Source: Phoronis australis (taxonomy: Eukaryota > Animalia > Phoronida). From it: a DNA stretch of 64,000 bases. The notes under the pieces were generated by a model, which saw nothing but the letters and a program-made list of their open reading frames with translations, did no database searches and was not told the origin of the DNA. Positions 26,674-39,900 of this stretch are shown piece by piece; positions within the stretch are counted from its first letter, which is position 1; the number at the start of each line of letters is the position of its first letter. The stretch is taken from NCBI GenBank assembly GCA_002633005.1, contig NMRA01000180.1:45324-109323 (forward strand). The letters are read 5' to 3'. Both the position numbers and the translations under genes were made by a program.

Positions 26674-27682
26674 ACCATAGCACTCCGAGAAGCGAAACTT
26701 GGCAAAATTAACAGACAAGACGACGGTAGAGATGATGACGAGGATGATGAATATGATGACGATGGTGGCGATGATGAACAATACAAGTAATGATAACAAT
26801 CATATGACGAACGCAGATGTCAGAAATCAGTAAGAAATAGTCTACAGTCTTGTTCAATAGAAGCTAAACTAACATCAATGCACCAAGAGCGCTCAACAAA
26901 GGAACACACAAGCGCTATCAGAAAAATTCAAATAATTCAAAAAGTAGAGACCCAACCCGTCAGTTTCGAAAAATTCCGTTTTCAGTTTTTCGGAAAATTG
27001 AAACTTGCTTTTTTCGAAATTCAAAGTCAAATAACTCAAAAACGGTAAGTCTGAAAAAAATTGTTACAAACCATTTGAAAAGGTATACATGTACCTCAAG
27101 GAATCCACATGCAAAAACGTCATTTTCTTTTCCCGTTTAAAATGGCACCCTAGCACGACTGAAATTAGGTCAACATGCGCCAGATCCGCCATCTTGAAAA
27201 CAAGTTCCAGTTTTTTAACGTTGAATGATAGCTAGTCATAGAAAATTAATACCTGGAAAATTTTGAAGTCATTGGCCCTCTACAGGAGAAAACGTTTTTT
27301 GCCCGGAATCGAGGTGAGCATGCACAATTGCTGATATTTCCGCCATCTTTACCGGGAAGTTAACAATTTCCAGTACAGATGTAGCACTTGCACTCTTCAA
27401 TAATTTTACAGATTCTCAGCCCTGTACGTACAAAATTATAGCCTTTAATAGCATTCGAATCTTAAAATGGAAACAAAATGGCCGCCATATCCGCCATCTT
27501 GGATTCGATTATAACGAAAAACAGTAGGCTTCCAGGACTTCCTAAACTACGTGTTAAGTGTAAATTTCGTGATGATCGGACAAAAATTGTGACCTGTATC
27601 GAGCGAACAAACAAAATAAAAATTAGTGACAGAGCAACATACTTGGCGAAATTTATTTCGCGAAATTTATTTCGCCAAGTAA
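26674..27682 (-). mobile_element. Non-autonomous Helentron-type element, family B
   Basis: 5' palindrome acttggcgaaat...atttcgccaagt (27641-27680); matching sub-TIR acttggcaaa at ~26697 preceded by a short imperfect hairpin; body with repeated ccgccatctt motifs. Confidence 0.6.
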
Positions 27683-27850
27683 TGAAAACGCCCCGAGGAG
27701 CGAAATTTGGCAAAATTAACAGAAAAGACGACGACAGAGATGATGATGAAGATGACGGATATATGAAGACAATGGTGGAGATGATGAACAATACAAGTAA
27801 TGATAACATTCATATGGCAAACGTAGAGGTCAGAAACCAGTAAGAAATAG
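27683..27850 (-). mobile_element. Tandem truncated second copy (3' end only) of HINE family B
   Basis: Direct repeat of ~26680-26840 (hairpin cgcccc-ga-ggagcg, tttggcaaaatt, GAT-rich tract, cagtaagaaatag) starting immediately after the 5' end of the first copy. Confidence 0.6.
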
Positions 27851-28944
27851 GATGCCCAACTACAACCGAAGTTACAACAATCTATTCTTTCCAAATGTAC
27901 CAATTCGCTTTGTGCTTGACTGGGTTCAAAAGTGGTCTGTAATAAGCCTGGTAGATTATTGGCTTGCCTGTTGTGATACCAGACAAAAGACTGTGCTTGG
28001 CAGTTAACAAAGAAGCCAGGTGTTACCACAAGCTCACAACACTCTAGGTCTGGTAAAGTCACTGAACGAGAAAACGCCATCATGTACATGTTCACAGGTC
28101 GTCTTGGAAACCGCCAAGGTTTACGGCCGTGGAAATATTTCTGATTTCAACCGTTTAAAAGTACCGGGACTAATGTAACTTTCCTGGCCGAATTATGGAT
28201 ATTTGTTTAAAGAACAGGCAAATTCACACACTCAGGTAAAAGGCACAAAAATAGGAAACCGGAAACAATGTGTTAGTGGAGCCAGGCTTGGTTCAACCAC
28301 ACCCTGAAAGGAAGTCCGCGCTTAGATTGATGCCATCTTCACTTTCACAACAGAAAACTGCTTGGAGATATGCGCAAGATTAAAGAAGGCAGGGCGGCTT
28401 GGCGACCACTAGGTTGGTTTTCAAATTCGCAATAATCGCCTAATGGAATTTTATCTAACTCCCCCCGTCGGTGTTGCAGCATATTAAAGAACGAACAGAG
28501 CATATGGAGCCGAGAAGACAACAACACAAAAACTTGACGGATATTGAGGCATTGTCAGTGGCTAAATACTGAGAGAATTGTGTGTCGCTGTGTAATCTGG
28601 GACGGAACTATTACGTGTACTTGAGTGGGATCCACGCACATGACAGATGCCCAGTTTTTCGTAAGTGAAGGACAGGAATGGTGTATTTAATGATTGCCTG
28701 TGAATTTCATCTCTTACGGCCAATGTGCCCGTCAGTTTCACCTATTTCTTTACCAGACATAACTCTAAGGATGGTTCCCTTTGCCCAAACGAAAACCTGC
28801 GAACCTGTGACAAAAAAGCCATCATTTTGGTTATGTTCGGACCGTCAAACGCAACATATCTGTTTGATTTATTATGTAAATTGTTTCGGATTTATTGCTT
28901 ATTTAACCGATACACAACATCTTTGTTTTTCAGTCCTATTAGTG

Positions 28945-29560
28945 ATGGAGTAATCCAAGCATGAAGCAACACCAAGCTCTAATCTTCGTGATGTTAACGA
29001 GTAGGATATTATTACGTAAGTTGACATTGTTATTATACCTGTTCCACACTGTTAGATGATTCCTTTATCCATCTATATTTGTTAATTCCTCTTGTATTCA
29101 ATTTCTGCAAAGAACAATGAATTAATCGGTACTATTGGTAGATACGAGAGTGCTGCATTATTGTTTGGTAACGCGGTGATGTTTGCGAAAGTTAACTGGA
29201 TATTTTATTAAAGCAGTATCCAGCTCATGTAGACATACATGTAGACAAGTTGGCCGAAATAACAAGTTTATAGCAAAATTCAATTTTAAAGAGTAGGCAA
29301 TTATATTTGTCTTTTTGCAGTAAACCTAAACGAGCATAAATGTTTGACATGATTTCTTGTGGGCCTGCCGGAGCTTCACCTCATGTACACTATGCGTGGT
29401 GCATGTACATGTAGGTGATCGCGGGTTTCAGAACAAAAGTCAGTTGATATTTATTCTCGTGACTTGACATTTGACCAGACCTTTGCAAATACTGAGCTGC
29501 ATTCCATAGACATGCACGATACAGTGGGATCGTGTGGATCGATCGTAAAGTGTGGCAAAA
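28945..29560 (+). repeat. Old dispersed repeat, homologous to 35200-35805
   Basis: Shared anchors tggagt(a/g)atccaagcatgaagc, tgttccaca, tccatcta, gcgaaagtt, cgggtttcagaa, ttattctcgtg, ctgagctgc, tagacatg, gatcgtaa in the same order. About 70% identical by eye. Confidence 0.65.
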
Positions 29561-29704
29561 TTTTGCGAAGGCTTGCGTTGTCAAGCGTGTTGCTTGCGTC
29601 TACGGAACACAGAATATGTCAACGGGATGGTTATTCTTCTGCTAGAGTTGTGGTTCATTCTTTTTCGCACTCGGCTTTCAGCGACATGGAATATTGCGTT
29701 ACCT

Positions 29705-29850
29705 ATTTTTGAAAATATTTTTGGAGAAACTATTGAATAATCTGAATTTAACTAAATATTCATCAAGATAACAACGTGTTGAGAGTATAGACAAGTTGCA
29801 CGAGTTTTACCGATAAAAATCAAATAACAAAGGCAATACAATAAGTTATG
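29705..29850 (+). repeat. Dispersed repeat fragment, homologous to 58829-58975
   Basis: Shared ttttgaaaatatttt...ctaaata...agataacaa...agacaagttgcacgag...aaaaatcaa. Confidence 0.65.
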
Positions 29851-32769
29851 CTTTATTACTAACAGTTGAACAAATACTGAAACAACCGGAAGGTACTTGA
29901 AGGTGGAACTGACAACGTTTCAGAAAATGTGAAAACGACTTGAACATCACTAAAACTTTCCAATTTTAATTATTTATTTAGCAGTCTCAAAAACGATGTT
30001 AGGGTTTTACTTTTAACGCCTGTTTTTTGCGTACCGTAAGATAGACGAATTTCTACTGCTGTTTTATACAAAAATCCCTTGCGTTTAATTTACATGGAAG
30101 CAAAATAAATGTTTTATAGAACATTCCTAACAGCGTTTTTGAGGAAAATTGTGGAGTTTTCATTAAATCAGGGTTTTATTAAAATCGACCAAGGGTTATT
30201 TAGTTATGAATGTATCTTTCTTAAAAATAAAACTTTGGCTTAAAACACGTGTTAACGTAATAAAAATAACAGCGCATAAGTATAAAACAAAGTTTGTAGT
30301 CTCTGATGTATTTCTTGCAGAAAATATGAAATTTTACTCGTCGACGCAGCTAGATTTTTTGATATTTGTGTTAGATTGAACTTCGGTCACTAAATAAGAT
30401 TTGAGATAACCTTAAGATAACTTAAAAAACTGTCGTTTTTCAACACGTGAAGTTTGAATCGGTGGAGATGACACGTTGTGACAAAATGAATAGTTCTTTT
30501 GTGCTCAAAGTTTTTAACATACTAGATATTGAAGAGACGTTTGTGAAGATACGAAGGTTGAGCTTCCTCGACAATTACAAGGACACAGATCGGCACCCTA
30601 GTCACACTAATTCTCGTATTCGTTTAATTTTGTAGTTTTCCGTTATATAAAGACAACACATTGTGCAAGTATCAATTCACGCAACTCTCCAAATATGTCC
30701 AGAATTCCATTCAATCATGAATTGTCAATACATCTGATCTAATGTCCCCTCTACATGTACATGGTACGCGTAATATGGTGATTTTTTACTTATAGGCAAT
30801 TTTACCTTAGATATCTAGCCTGTAACATTCGCCAGTTGATGGAATGAAACTGTTATCGACGTAACATCTTGCAGATTCACAATCCACATCCAGTGATCTC
30901 AAGGGGAAATTTCCCTTTTCCCACACTTATGGCCACCAAGATTCCACACTTCTCATATGAACGGCATGGCATAGACTTACAATATTTCGTATCCATCATT
31001 TCGACACTGCAAAGGGAAACATTTATACTTGATTTTGAACTTATACATTGCACAAGAAGGAGATTTGTTTGAAAATGAATTCAAATTCCTAGTTTTCGCT
31101 AACGCTGTCCCGTTGGGGCAAAGTTGTGAACATTCGCTACGGATAACGCCTTCTCGCAATATGTTATAGGAACACCTCTCCGTTTGTAAAGTACATCATA
31201 GCTCCCTTCAAAAATATATTACACCAATTCTTCGTCCACAATCTGCCTCTTCATTTTAAAGGCAAAAACGGCGTTCCTGAATTTTAAGATTGAGCTTCCC
31301 AAAAATATGCAATCAAAACATGTGCATGATACTACATCTACATCATTGTGTGTGCAGTGAGCCAACGAGAAATTGTGTTTGATTTGTCCCGGGTTGAACC
31401 AAGGCATCGTAAGTAAATAAGGATACTGTTGTCTTGCATTTTAGACCTGTTTAGAGCAAAGTAGCTCGTTTTCCAATTACGCCCATCTCAGGCTGACAAA
31501 CCCTTCACAATGTATCCGGGGCCGAAAGATGAATGTCGACCAGCCAGGATTATTACAAATCCAAACAGTCTGATGATAATATGAATGTACTGAAAATGTT
31601 CAACTCCCATTGGCTTTTGCAATCAGTACAGGTTGAACAATTGAAAAAGGCGGGGAAAGAACAACTAGCACACCCCTTCAATCAGAACAAGTGTAATCTC
31701 CATTGACCCTACGAATCTCAAAATCTTCAGCAACCCAGCAGACGCCATTTTTTATGAAATTGGGTGAGGTAAATTTAATCGGTTAATTAAAAAATATTGT
31801 GTGCCGTCTACGTTCTTGACACGAGTGAGACACATGTAGTACAATATTGTCGTGCGCAGCAAATGCGATTTTAAATTGTTCGTGATGTGATTATCAGCTG
31901 TCATGCCCGGCCGGTCGTCTACCAGACCGCCAATTCCGTGTACCCCCCCCCCCCCCCNCCCCCCGTCCTCTCCTCCACTGGTTGCATTGGAATCAGATAC
32001 AGAACAATTAGCTTTCCATTTACTACTGTTTGTCATGTGCAGTGGTCGTCAAGTATAGCATACAGTGTATGACCACTGAAAAGGTAAATGCCTACTTTTC
32101 AGCTAATCAAACTGTCTTCATCGGCGTCAATGACGCAGGTGATATATTGAAAACAAGTTTTGCAGCGTTAAAGGCACGAGTCGCCTGAACCTAAAGTAAT
32201 CTAATAAATCTTAGAAGACTGGACATAAATCAAAACTTGTTTGTCGTGGTCTCGTTCTCCAGAAACATTCAATTAAAACTATGGGCTAGAGAAATGAATT
32301 AGGGCCTGACCGGAGAAATTTCAGCTGGTTGACCATGTTAAATCCTTCGCTGAAAGTTCAGCCATGCGCGGCGCACACCGTTTTACAAATACCACCCTAT
32401 GCAAGACATAGAGACTCCACTAAAAAGTTGGACGCAGAATATTATAACCATTGTTCTACTAGCATTTAAAGCAAACTTGGCGTGATTTACATCCTATGTT
32501 GTGGACTTATTAATCCTTAGTCGGTATACAAAAATATGTTGCTACGGAATCGCGGATCTAGACGATGATGGGGATGAGCAAACACGGTTTAGCCACATTC
32601 TCATATTTTTGATAAAATGGGGTGCATTTAATTCAAAAAACTAAGTTTGATAACGTTACGGATGTTAGGGGCGGGGGTGGTGATTTAAGAATACTCCGAT
32701 CGTTGGATAGATGCACGTTCTCAAATGACAACAATACGTTACATGTAAAATAACAACAATGGTAACTTT

Positions 32770-33044
32770 TATTACCATTATCATAAATAACATCATCATC
32801 ATCATGATCATAATCATAATCACCATTATGATTTGTATAATCATGATCATCGATATTATTATTATGAACAGTAGTAGCATCACCCTTGTTATTATTATTT
32901 GATTGGCATTGTTACTGTTAATATTTAGTATTAATATTAATCACAATTATTTCTTATGTCTGATCTGGCCGCCACCTGTTGGCCACATCTGTGATCTAAA
33001 TGTCGTGACATGTATATTTCCTCACGGTTTCAAAATTTACACAC

Positions 33045-33089
<45 letters not shown>

Positions 33090-33112
33090 CCATTATTATT
33101 ATTATCATTATG
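32770..33112. repeat. (ATC/ATT)n microsatellite tracts
   Basis: Pure (ATC)n at ~33046-33089 and degenerate ATC/ATT runs at 32770-32900. Confidence 0.9.
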
Positions 33113-34416
33113 AATCATAGTCGTTGTTTTCCTGATACAAAAACCATCGCTGACTTTGATTTTGAGACCGGGGTGACATTTGGTGCGTCCCCTTGTGAGA
33201 ACCATGGTTGTATCTCCTTTGACTGGACGTTTGTGAACATTTGCAGGTGTTTTCTTATAGATGTGACAATGGCGGCCAACGACTTTTTGGATCTCTCTGA
33301 CCACCACTGTGACCCTGGTGGCATTGTTGTACATGTACCTTTGCCTCTATATCTTCAGAGTTTCTTATTCTTTTTTTCTGAAATTTGTCAAGCAGGTTTC
33401 TGTAATGGAAATGACAGCATCGTTCCAATTTTTGACGTACTTCGCGCCAAAAATGGCTTATCAACACCACGTCGCAGTCGTGGGCGCCTTTCAACTCTCC
33501 TAATGTTGCTCATGATTACTTTTTGGCGCCCTGCAATACCAATTTGTGGATGCAATTCGATTCTCTTTCTATTCTCATAGGAAAGTTTGTGTTATGTTTT
33601 CTATGCCTGAGTAACATAGTATGCATACACAATGTATTACTACTATAGATGCTCCTTTAAATGTACAGAGTACTGTAAATTTGCAGAATTAATGTTTATC
33701 ATATTAATGCGCAGATATTTTAAAATGTGTTTATGAATTTGTCAATCTCAATATGGCGTGGGAAATATGTTATAAACATGCTAAGTCACGTTAACACGCC
33801 ATCTGTAGGAGGAGAAGAAGAGCCAAATTGTCGTATTTCGAAATTAAGGTTAAAATATGTAGGACCCTGTCGACAGATCTGTGTGTTTTGCCAAATATCT
33901 AAAAAAAGTACAGATTTTAACTGGGTAGAACTATAAATACCCTGAAAGTATATAATCCAGCAGTAGAATTTTATTTTTGAATTTTCACCAATACATTATT
34001 AATTGAGTCACGACACTATGACTTTTTAGTAGAGTTGGTAAAAAAAAACGTACCAGTGACATGATCACCATTATGAAAATCATGTAAGTCCGATTTTAAC
34101 TGTTTCTCATGCAAAAGAGAAACAATTTAAAAGCAATTCCTAACAGTGTTACACAATACCGCCACATATTGCTTGAGTGAATTCCAAGCGCGCCGTACTT
34201 GGCAACTGACAGGTAAGGTGCATTCAGCGATTGCCCGTGATTTCCATTTCTCGTGATCACTGTGTTTGGCAAAGTCACCCAGTTATTTAAAGCATCCCAA
34301 AGACAGCTTCTTTTTGCCTTTTCGCCTTAGGTGATTTTGCGTTTTTCGTTAGATTAGCGAGTTGGTCACGCGATATTTATAAAGTCTTGTTTCTACACAC
34401 GAGATCATAAATATAT

Positions 34417-35125
34417 TAGATTATTACATGTTCTCAGTCGTTATCCCCCGTTATCTAGGGCTCTCGTGGATTTTGTAGAATTATCACCCTCGTGGCGTTA
34501 CTATTTATACCACATACTGAACGAGAAACATTGCAATGAATCGATCTACCTTTCTCGACTCGCCTCGGCTTTGTAACTACTTTCTATGTCAGAGGCCCGG
34601 GGTCGGAGGTCGCGACCATTTAAGAAAAGCCGAACTATTTTTGTCAAATAATGCTTTTACTCAAAATCAATTGAAAATTTAAACAAAACAGAATTAAGTG
34701 AATATATAAATTAAGGTTTAACAACTATTATAGCTTACTACATATTTTATCACGCTGCGCTTCGACCGGTAAAATATCGTCTGCTAAAATAGATTACCAA
34801 TAGTAACTGAGTATCATGCTCAAGTCAAAGGATCCCGACGACACGATACCCGCATTCAAATTGGAGATCGGTGATTTACACAAGAGAGAACACGAGAAAA
34901 AAATCACAGAATTGAGATATAGTTTTTATGGAAATTATGCGTCTTTTTTCATAGCGTATAAATGTCGGTACAATGTCCTTTGCTGAACATGCGATTGTTG
35001 CGCGTGTTCATTTAAGTATCTATTTTCACGTTCGATGACGTCAGCCGCTGAGTGGTGTAGTGGTAAAGTCGGCGACTCGAAACTCTTGAAGCCCGGGTTC
35101 AAACCAGGCCTCGGTTTCCCGCCAA
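34417..35125 (+). mobile_element. Palindrome-headed dispersed repeat, copy 1 (one palindrome arm deleted), ending in a tRNA-like segment
   Basis: Collinear with 41811-42522 plus 43546-43650. Only one arm of the terminal palindrome remains. Confidence 0.75.
35047..35116 (+). pseudogene. tRNA-derived sequence (SINE-head-like)
   Basis: A-box-like tggtgtagtggt, B-box-like gggttcaaacc, partial acceptor pairing gctgag/ctcggt; D and anticodon stems are broken. A second, more decayed copy is at ~43570-43640. Confidence 0.55.
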
Positions 35126-36762
35126 AATGATATCTCACTAGTGAGATAACTAAATGGGTTACACGGTTGTATTCGATCAGTCTTCATTACACTGTATTTG
35201 TGGAGTGATCCAAGCATGAAGCGAGTCGGACACCTGGCGCTAATATTCCTGATTTGAACGTGTGGGATAGCATTGCTTAAGCTGCCATTTTTATCGGGCT
35301 TGTTCCACATTGTTAGCTGGTTCCATCATCCATCTACATGTATGTTTCATAAACTCACTCTCCTTTTCGGCACAGGACATTGAATAAATCTTTAGAACGA
35401 CGGCACTACCTGTTGAGACAAGGTTTTATTATTTTATGATAAGGGCGTCGTTCGCGAAAGTTTACTGGCTACTGCCACGTTATTCAAAGCAGTAAAAGCA
35501 AGAAGTAGGCTGATATGAGATGCTCGGAATAAGTTTATATCGAACTTCAGTTTCTTTGGACATTAAACACCACAGAGCATGACGCGATTTCTCAGTCGTG
35601 GGCCAGCTGGAGTTTCATCCCCGTTGTACTGTATATCCTCGGTTTGTGATAACGGGTTTCAGAATACATGTTGGAAACAAGAAGCTAGTTCTTATTCTCG
35701 TGGCCCTGACTTCTGACCGGACTTTCAAATATTCTGAGCTGCGTTCCGTAGACATGGACGATAGTGTTATCACATGCTTTGATCGTAACGCAGGGCAATA
35801 TCTCACAAAGACTTGGGTGATCAAGCCTATTTAATGCATACATGGAACCGACGGAAACCTGGCCATCATATCAAGAATGTGTGTGTGTGTGTACATATAT
35901 GCTTAAAACCATTTGTGTACAAACACACGAACGCGCACACAATGCACACACACACACACACACACACGAAATTATATATACTTTATTACTGGCTAATTAA
36001 GGTTTCCAATAGCACTTGCCTTCTACTTTCGGGGAATATATAACTTTATTTCCGTAAACGCAATTGTGTCGTAGATACCTGCCTAAATACGCAGCTCCAT
36101 CATGCCTATCACTTTGTTTGCGTGCCCTCAATTTACAAAAAACTTTGTATGAATAACCCATATCCAGTGCCATCCTTTGACAACCATTGTTTTCTGTCAA
36201 GTTCTGGAATGGTATCCCTCGAGAAGCCGAATGCGCGATGGGGGCTGGAATAAGACTAATGCGGAGTTACCACAAAGATTTCATAGTGTACCAAAGATGT
36301 CCGACTGTGACCTAAAATGGTATATAGTATCTTTGGTTACGAAACACATGTTTTTAGGCTACGGAAATTCCCGAATTATTCCGGATGCAGGTGTTGGCGC
36401 ATTTGGAACCCTTTAACTATTTTCGTAACTTATTTTTTTAGGTTACAGCAATAGGTGCTGAGACATTCCAGATTCTGTCGATAACGACCCACGGCCATCC
36501 AAACATTGACTCAGGGATCAACTGAAATAGAGTTGACCATATGTTAGCGTTCTGTCGCGCATTCATTAAGGCCTAAGTTGGCAATAATTGACTTTTTTCT
36601 AGAAAACCAGTTTTCACTCAAATGTTTTCTCACAATGTATGCATACTAGCTTAACTTCAAAAAGACAATGTTTCATTCCCTGGGGCATGTGCCTCTTCTA
36701 AGTCTGTCTGTGACAAGTTTTTAATTACATTTGATAAGTTCATTTGTCCTCCTGCTTTGCAG

Positions 36763-36919
36763 ACGCCGAAGCGTATTACCGCATTCACGTTAAAACGTCG
36801 GATGACTCAGGCCCGGGTGCCCACCACGTGGACATTATGCTCTACGGCCACCTCAGAGAAAAGGGGACAGACTGGATTAATATGAACACGCTAAATCACG
36901 AAGACTTCAAAAGGGGACG
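36763..36919 (+). CDS. Exon: PLAT/LH2 domain, N-terminal part (possible signal-cleavage site AEA|Y)
   Basis: tttgcag| acceptor, phase 1. (D)AEAYYRIHVKTSDDSGPGAHHVDIMLYGHLREKGTDWINMNTLNHEDFKRGR matches PLAT Y-x-I-x-V-x-T...V-x-I-x-L-Y-G...F-x-R-G. Donor cg|gtactg, phase 2. Confidence 0.8.
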
Positions 36920-39900
36920 GTACTGTAACTAAAAGACTGCAACTTAAACGTTATTTTCGGGATATAAAACGTTCACTTAAAATGATAATAAGCCCTGCTT
37001 TGAAGACTTTAGCCAAGTTTAGTTCTTTTACTTGCTCATTCCCCATGCTTGTCTTACTTCAGTGGTAAAAGCAGGGTTCAAGGAAAGATAATTACTGATT
37101 GAGTCATTAAAATATATAATGGTTTTGTGGTGTGTGAACATTCCTCACAGCTGGCATGCAACTCACCAAAAGCGTACATGTAGATATCTCTTACCAGTTT
37201 AGCATGTTTTGCAAAGTGTTTTCAAAACTTGCTCCGAGCATTTGCCGGTTGACATGTGTTACAGAGAATTATTTTGTGAGAGAAAATTGGATAGAAAATT
37301 TGTCGTACTATTTGTTAATAGGCCAAACCAAGGATCAGTCTCTGTATAAGTTTGCGTGTTGTTTTTTTCTACCAATTCCTGGAGTCGAGTGAATTGGAAA
37401 GAAATTATCCGTGACATCAACGATTGAGGTACATTAAAAATGTGTCCGAAATTGTATTCGCTTATTTGTTGTTTATTAGTCCGATTATACCATCTGTTAT
37501 CTACTTACACTAGGCTAATTGTTATCAATTGCCCATTAAATATCACCTCCTGGCATTTTTTTGCATTCGGCAAGGTACTTTTATGCGCCCACATATACAT
37601 AAATGTGGTCGTATTTTGTTGTCACTTTGTCCGGGCGTCCAGTTGATCATCTGTTCCGGTGTCCGGTCAATATCTCAAAAACCATTGGTCGGACTGTGAC
37701 GAAATTTGACAATATGGTATCGGGCACTAGAACGGTTCATGCCACTTTTCAATATGCTCGCGTCCTGGTGTAAGGTGGCGTAGCTTTTTCTGTATTTCTG
37801 GGGGAATATCCTTTCCGGATGAGAATTTTTCATTAACGAATTTCAATCAAACTGATCAAAAAAGTGAAGAATACGCTTGCACGATTGCATTTTGGGGCGG
37901 AATCGACCACTGCAGCACCTCCTGGTGGCCATTTGGTTCTTGACGAGGTCTTTTCAAATGTTGATTTGGGGAGAAGAGAGTTTCCGGGTGATGTCTAGAC
38001 AACCGATTGTCAGATAAACTTGCACAGAGGAAAGTGCAGCATGAGAATGCACCGGGCAATATTTGGTTTTCGTCGGACTTGACTATTGCAGTGCTTTCTA
38101 AAGGCAGTTTTCTGTGAGACTGTTTCCAAATGATGAAGCGAACCAATTGAAGGATGTCAATAAAGGTTGACACGAAAGTATGTGATCTCAATGCGCCGCT
38201 ACCATTAAATGTTCGTGCAGATCCGACTACTCCAGTACCTCCTAAGGCAGTTTTGTTCCGGACAAGGACTTCTGAAGTGCTGTTTTGGGGTAAAAGCCTC
38301 TCCGGGTGATATCTAAAGTGCCGCTTAACGGATTCCATTAAAACGTGACACAGAGGTACAGTATGTGATGAGATTACCCCGGCACAACTTGATTTTCGGG
38401 CCATTTTGAGTGAGGGGTTTACGTAATATATATAGATAAATGAGTGAAGGATTTCAATGAAAGTTGACAAAGAGGTTTGTACTGCAGTTACAATGCGGTG
38501 GCATCATTAATTTTTTTCGTGGATTCGACAAATGCAGCGCCTCATAGTGGCCAGTTTGTTTGATAGTGTTACCAGGTGAATATGTAAGAACTAAATGAAG
38601 GAATTCAATGAAAGCTGACACCGAGGTATATGAGGGCAATGGTGCGGCACCGTGAACTTTTCGGGAGGATTTGACTATTACAGAACCTCCTAGTAGCCAA
38701 TTAATTTTCGACATATGACCTTTCAATTGTTGTTAAGGTTAAGAGAGTTTCCGATGATATCTAAAGAACCAATAAACGGGTTTAATTGAAACTTACCACA
38801 GTGATAAACCTTAAATTGCACCCGCTCCATCTAGATTTTGGGCTGATTCAGCGACTGTAGCGCCTACTAGTGGCTATTTAGTTTGAAAGCGTCTCAAGAT
38901 GATATGCAGAGAGCGAGTGGTAGATTTTAATAAAAATTGAAGTCGATGCACGGGCATCATTAACTTTTCGGGCGGATTTGACACTTGCAGCACGTCGTAG
39001 TGGTCATTTTGATATCTTCTACGGACTATTCAGTGTTGTTTGACAGAGGGACTTTTTTAATAATTGCAGGCGGTTTGGTACACGTTGTTCCAGGCTGCGC
39101 ATGTGGGTCCATTGCACTTATCACCTGGAAATATTTTTGTGCTATATGAATACATAGTTAAAACCGAGCTGTTGACTCAAGGGTCTAGCAGTGTGGCTCG
39201 AACCCACGACCTCGAGTAAAGAAGGCGGGCACCATCACACTGGGCCACAATGCCTCCTCCTCAGATGGACGTTTCTGGCTGATATGAACTGAACCGACAG
39301 ACGAATTTTGATAAAACATGACACAGAAGAACACCATTCGATTTTCGAAGGCATTCGAGCACTGAAGCACCTCATACTAGCAGGTATAACTCGCAGATTT
39401 CAATGAAATTTTACTCAACAGTATATGATGACAATACGCCGACACCATTTGATTTTTGGGCTGATTCCATAACTGTAGCACCTCCTAATAAGCTCTTAGA
39501 AACATATCCTATGCGATGCACCATGGGCTCATGTCAACGTCACCGCGTTGCTCCGTTATTTAATACTTCCTGGGGAAGAACATGCACAGATGATACATGT
39601 ATCTAAAAAGCAAGCAACGGATTACAAGGGAAATTGACAAAGAGGTGTGGAACGGCATAGCAAGGAGTCCAGTCGGGTAATTTTGACCTCTTAATTGTAA
39701 TTCTGTCCTGTTGTCCTCTCAACTGTTAGATAACTCGAACATCTGTTCGTAGTTTGACACAAAGGTGTAGGGCATCGCAAGAGCTGGGCAATTTTTACTT
39801 TGTGTTGCACCCCAAGACAAGTGGGACTAGGATTTTTAGTAATTTGAGGAATTTATTTCCGGATGAAAAAAGAACTCGTCGCTGTACTTCAATGAAACTT

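Noticed and set aside
26700-27810. Asp-rich peptide (QDDGRDDDEDDEYDDDGGDDEQYK*) as an acidic biomineralisation exon, or the direct repeats as LTRs
   Set aside because: Weak acceptor, frameshift in the second copy, no TG...CA ends, PBS or PPT. Better explained as the 3' region of a tandem Helentron.
31219-33560. Spliced minus-strand gene suggested by several AG/GT-bounded segments (31.3-31.6, 32.1-32.2, 33.1-33.5 kb)
   Set aside because: I could not build a consistent open frame or recognise a domain. Left unannotated, although an lncRNA or decayed gene is possible.
32903-33580. 225-aa ORF and the opposite-strand poly-Asp ORF
   Set aside because: Kept open by the (ATC)n microsatellite; no recognisable domain.
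35047-35116. Functional tRNA gene
   Set aside because: D and anticodon stems do not pair, and it sits inside a dispersed repeat with a more decayed second copy.
37856-38470. 204-aa minus-strand ORF in an intron
   Set aside because: Lies within the repeated modules of a Helentron-type element; no domain motif.
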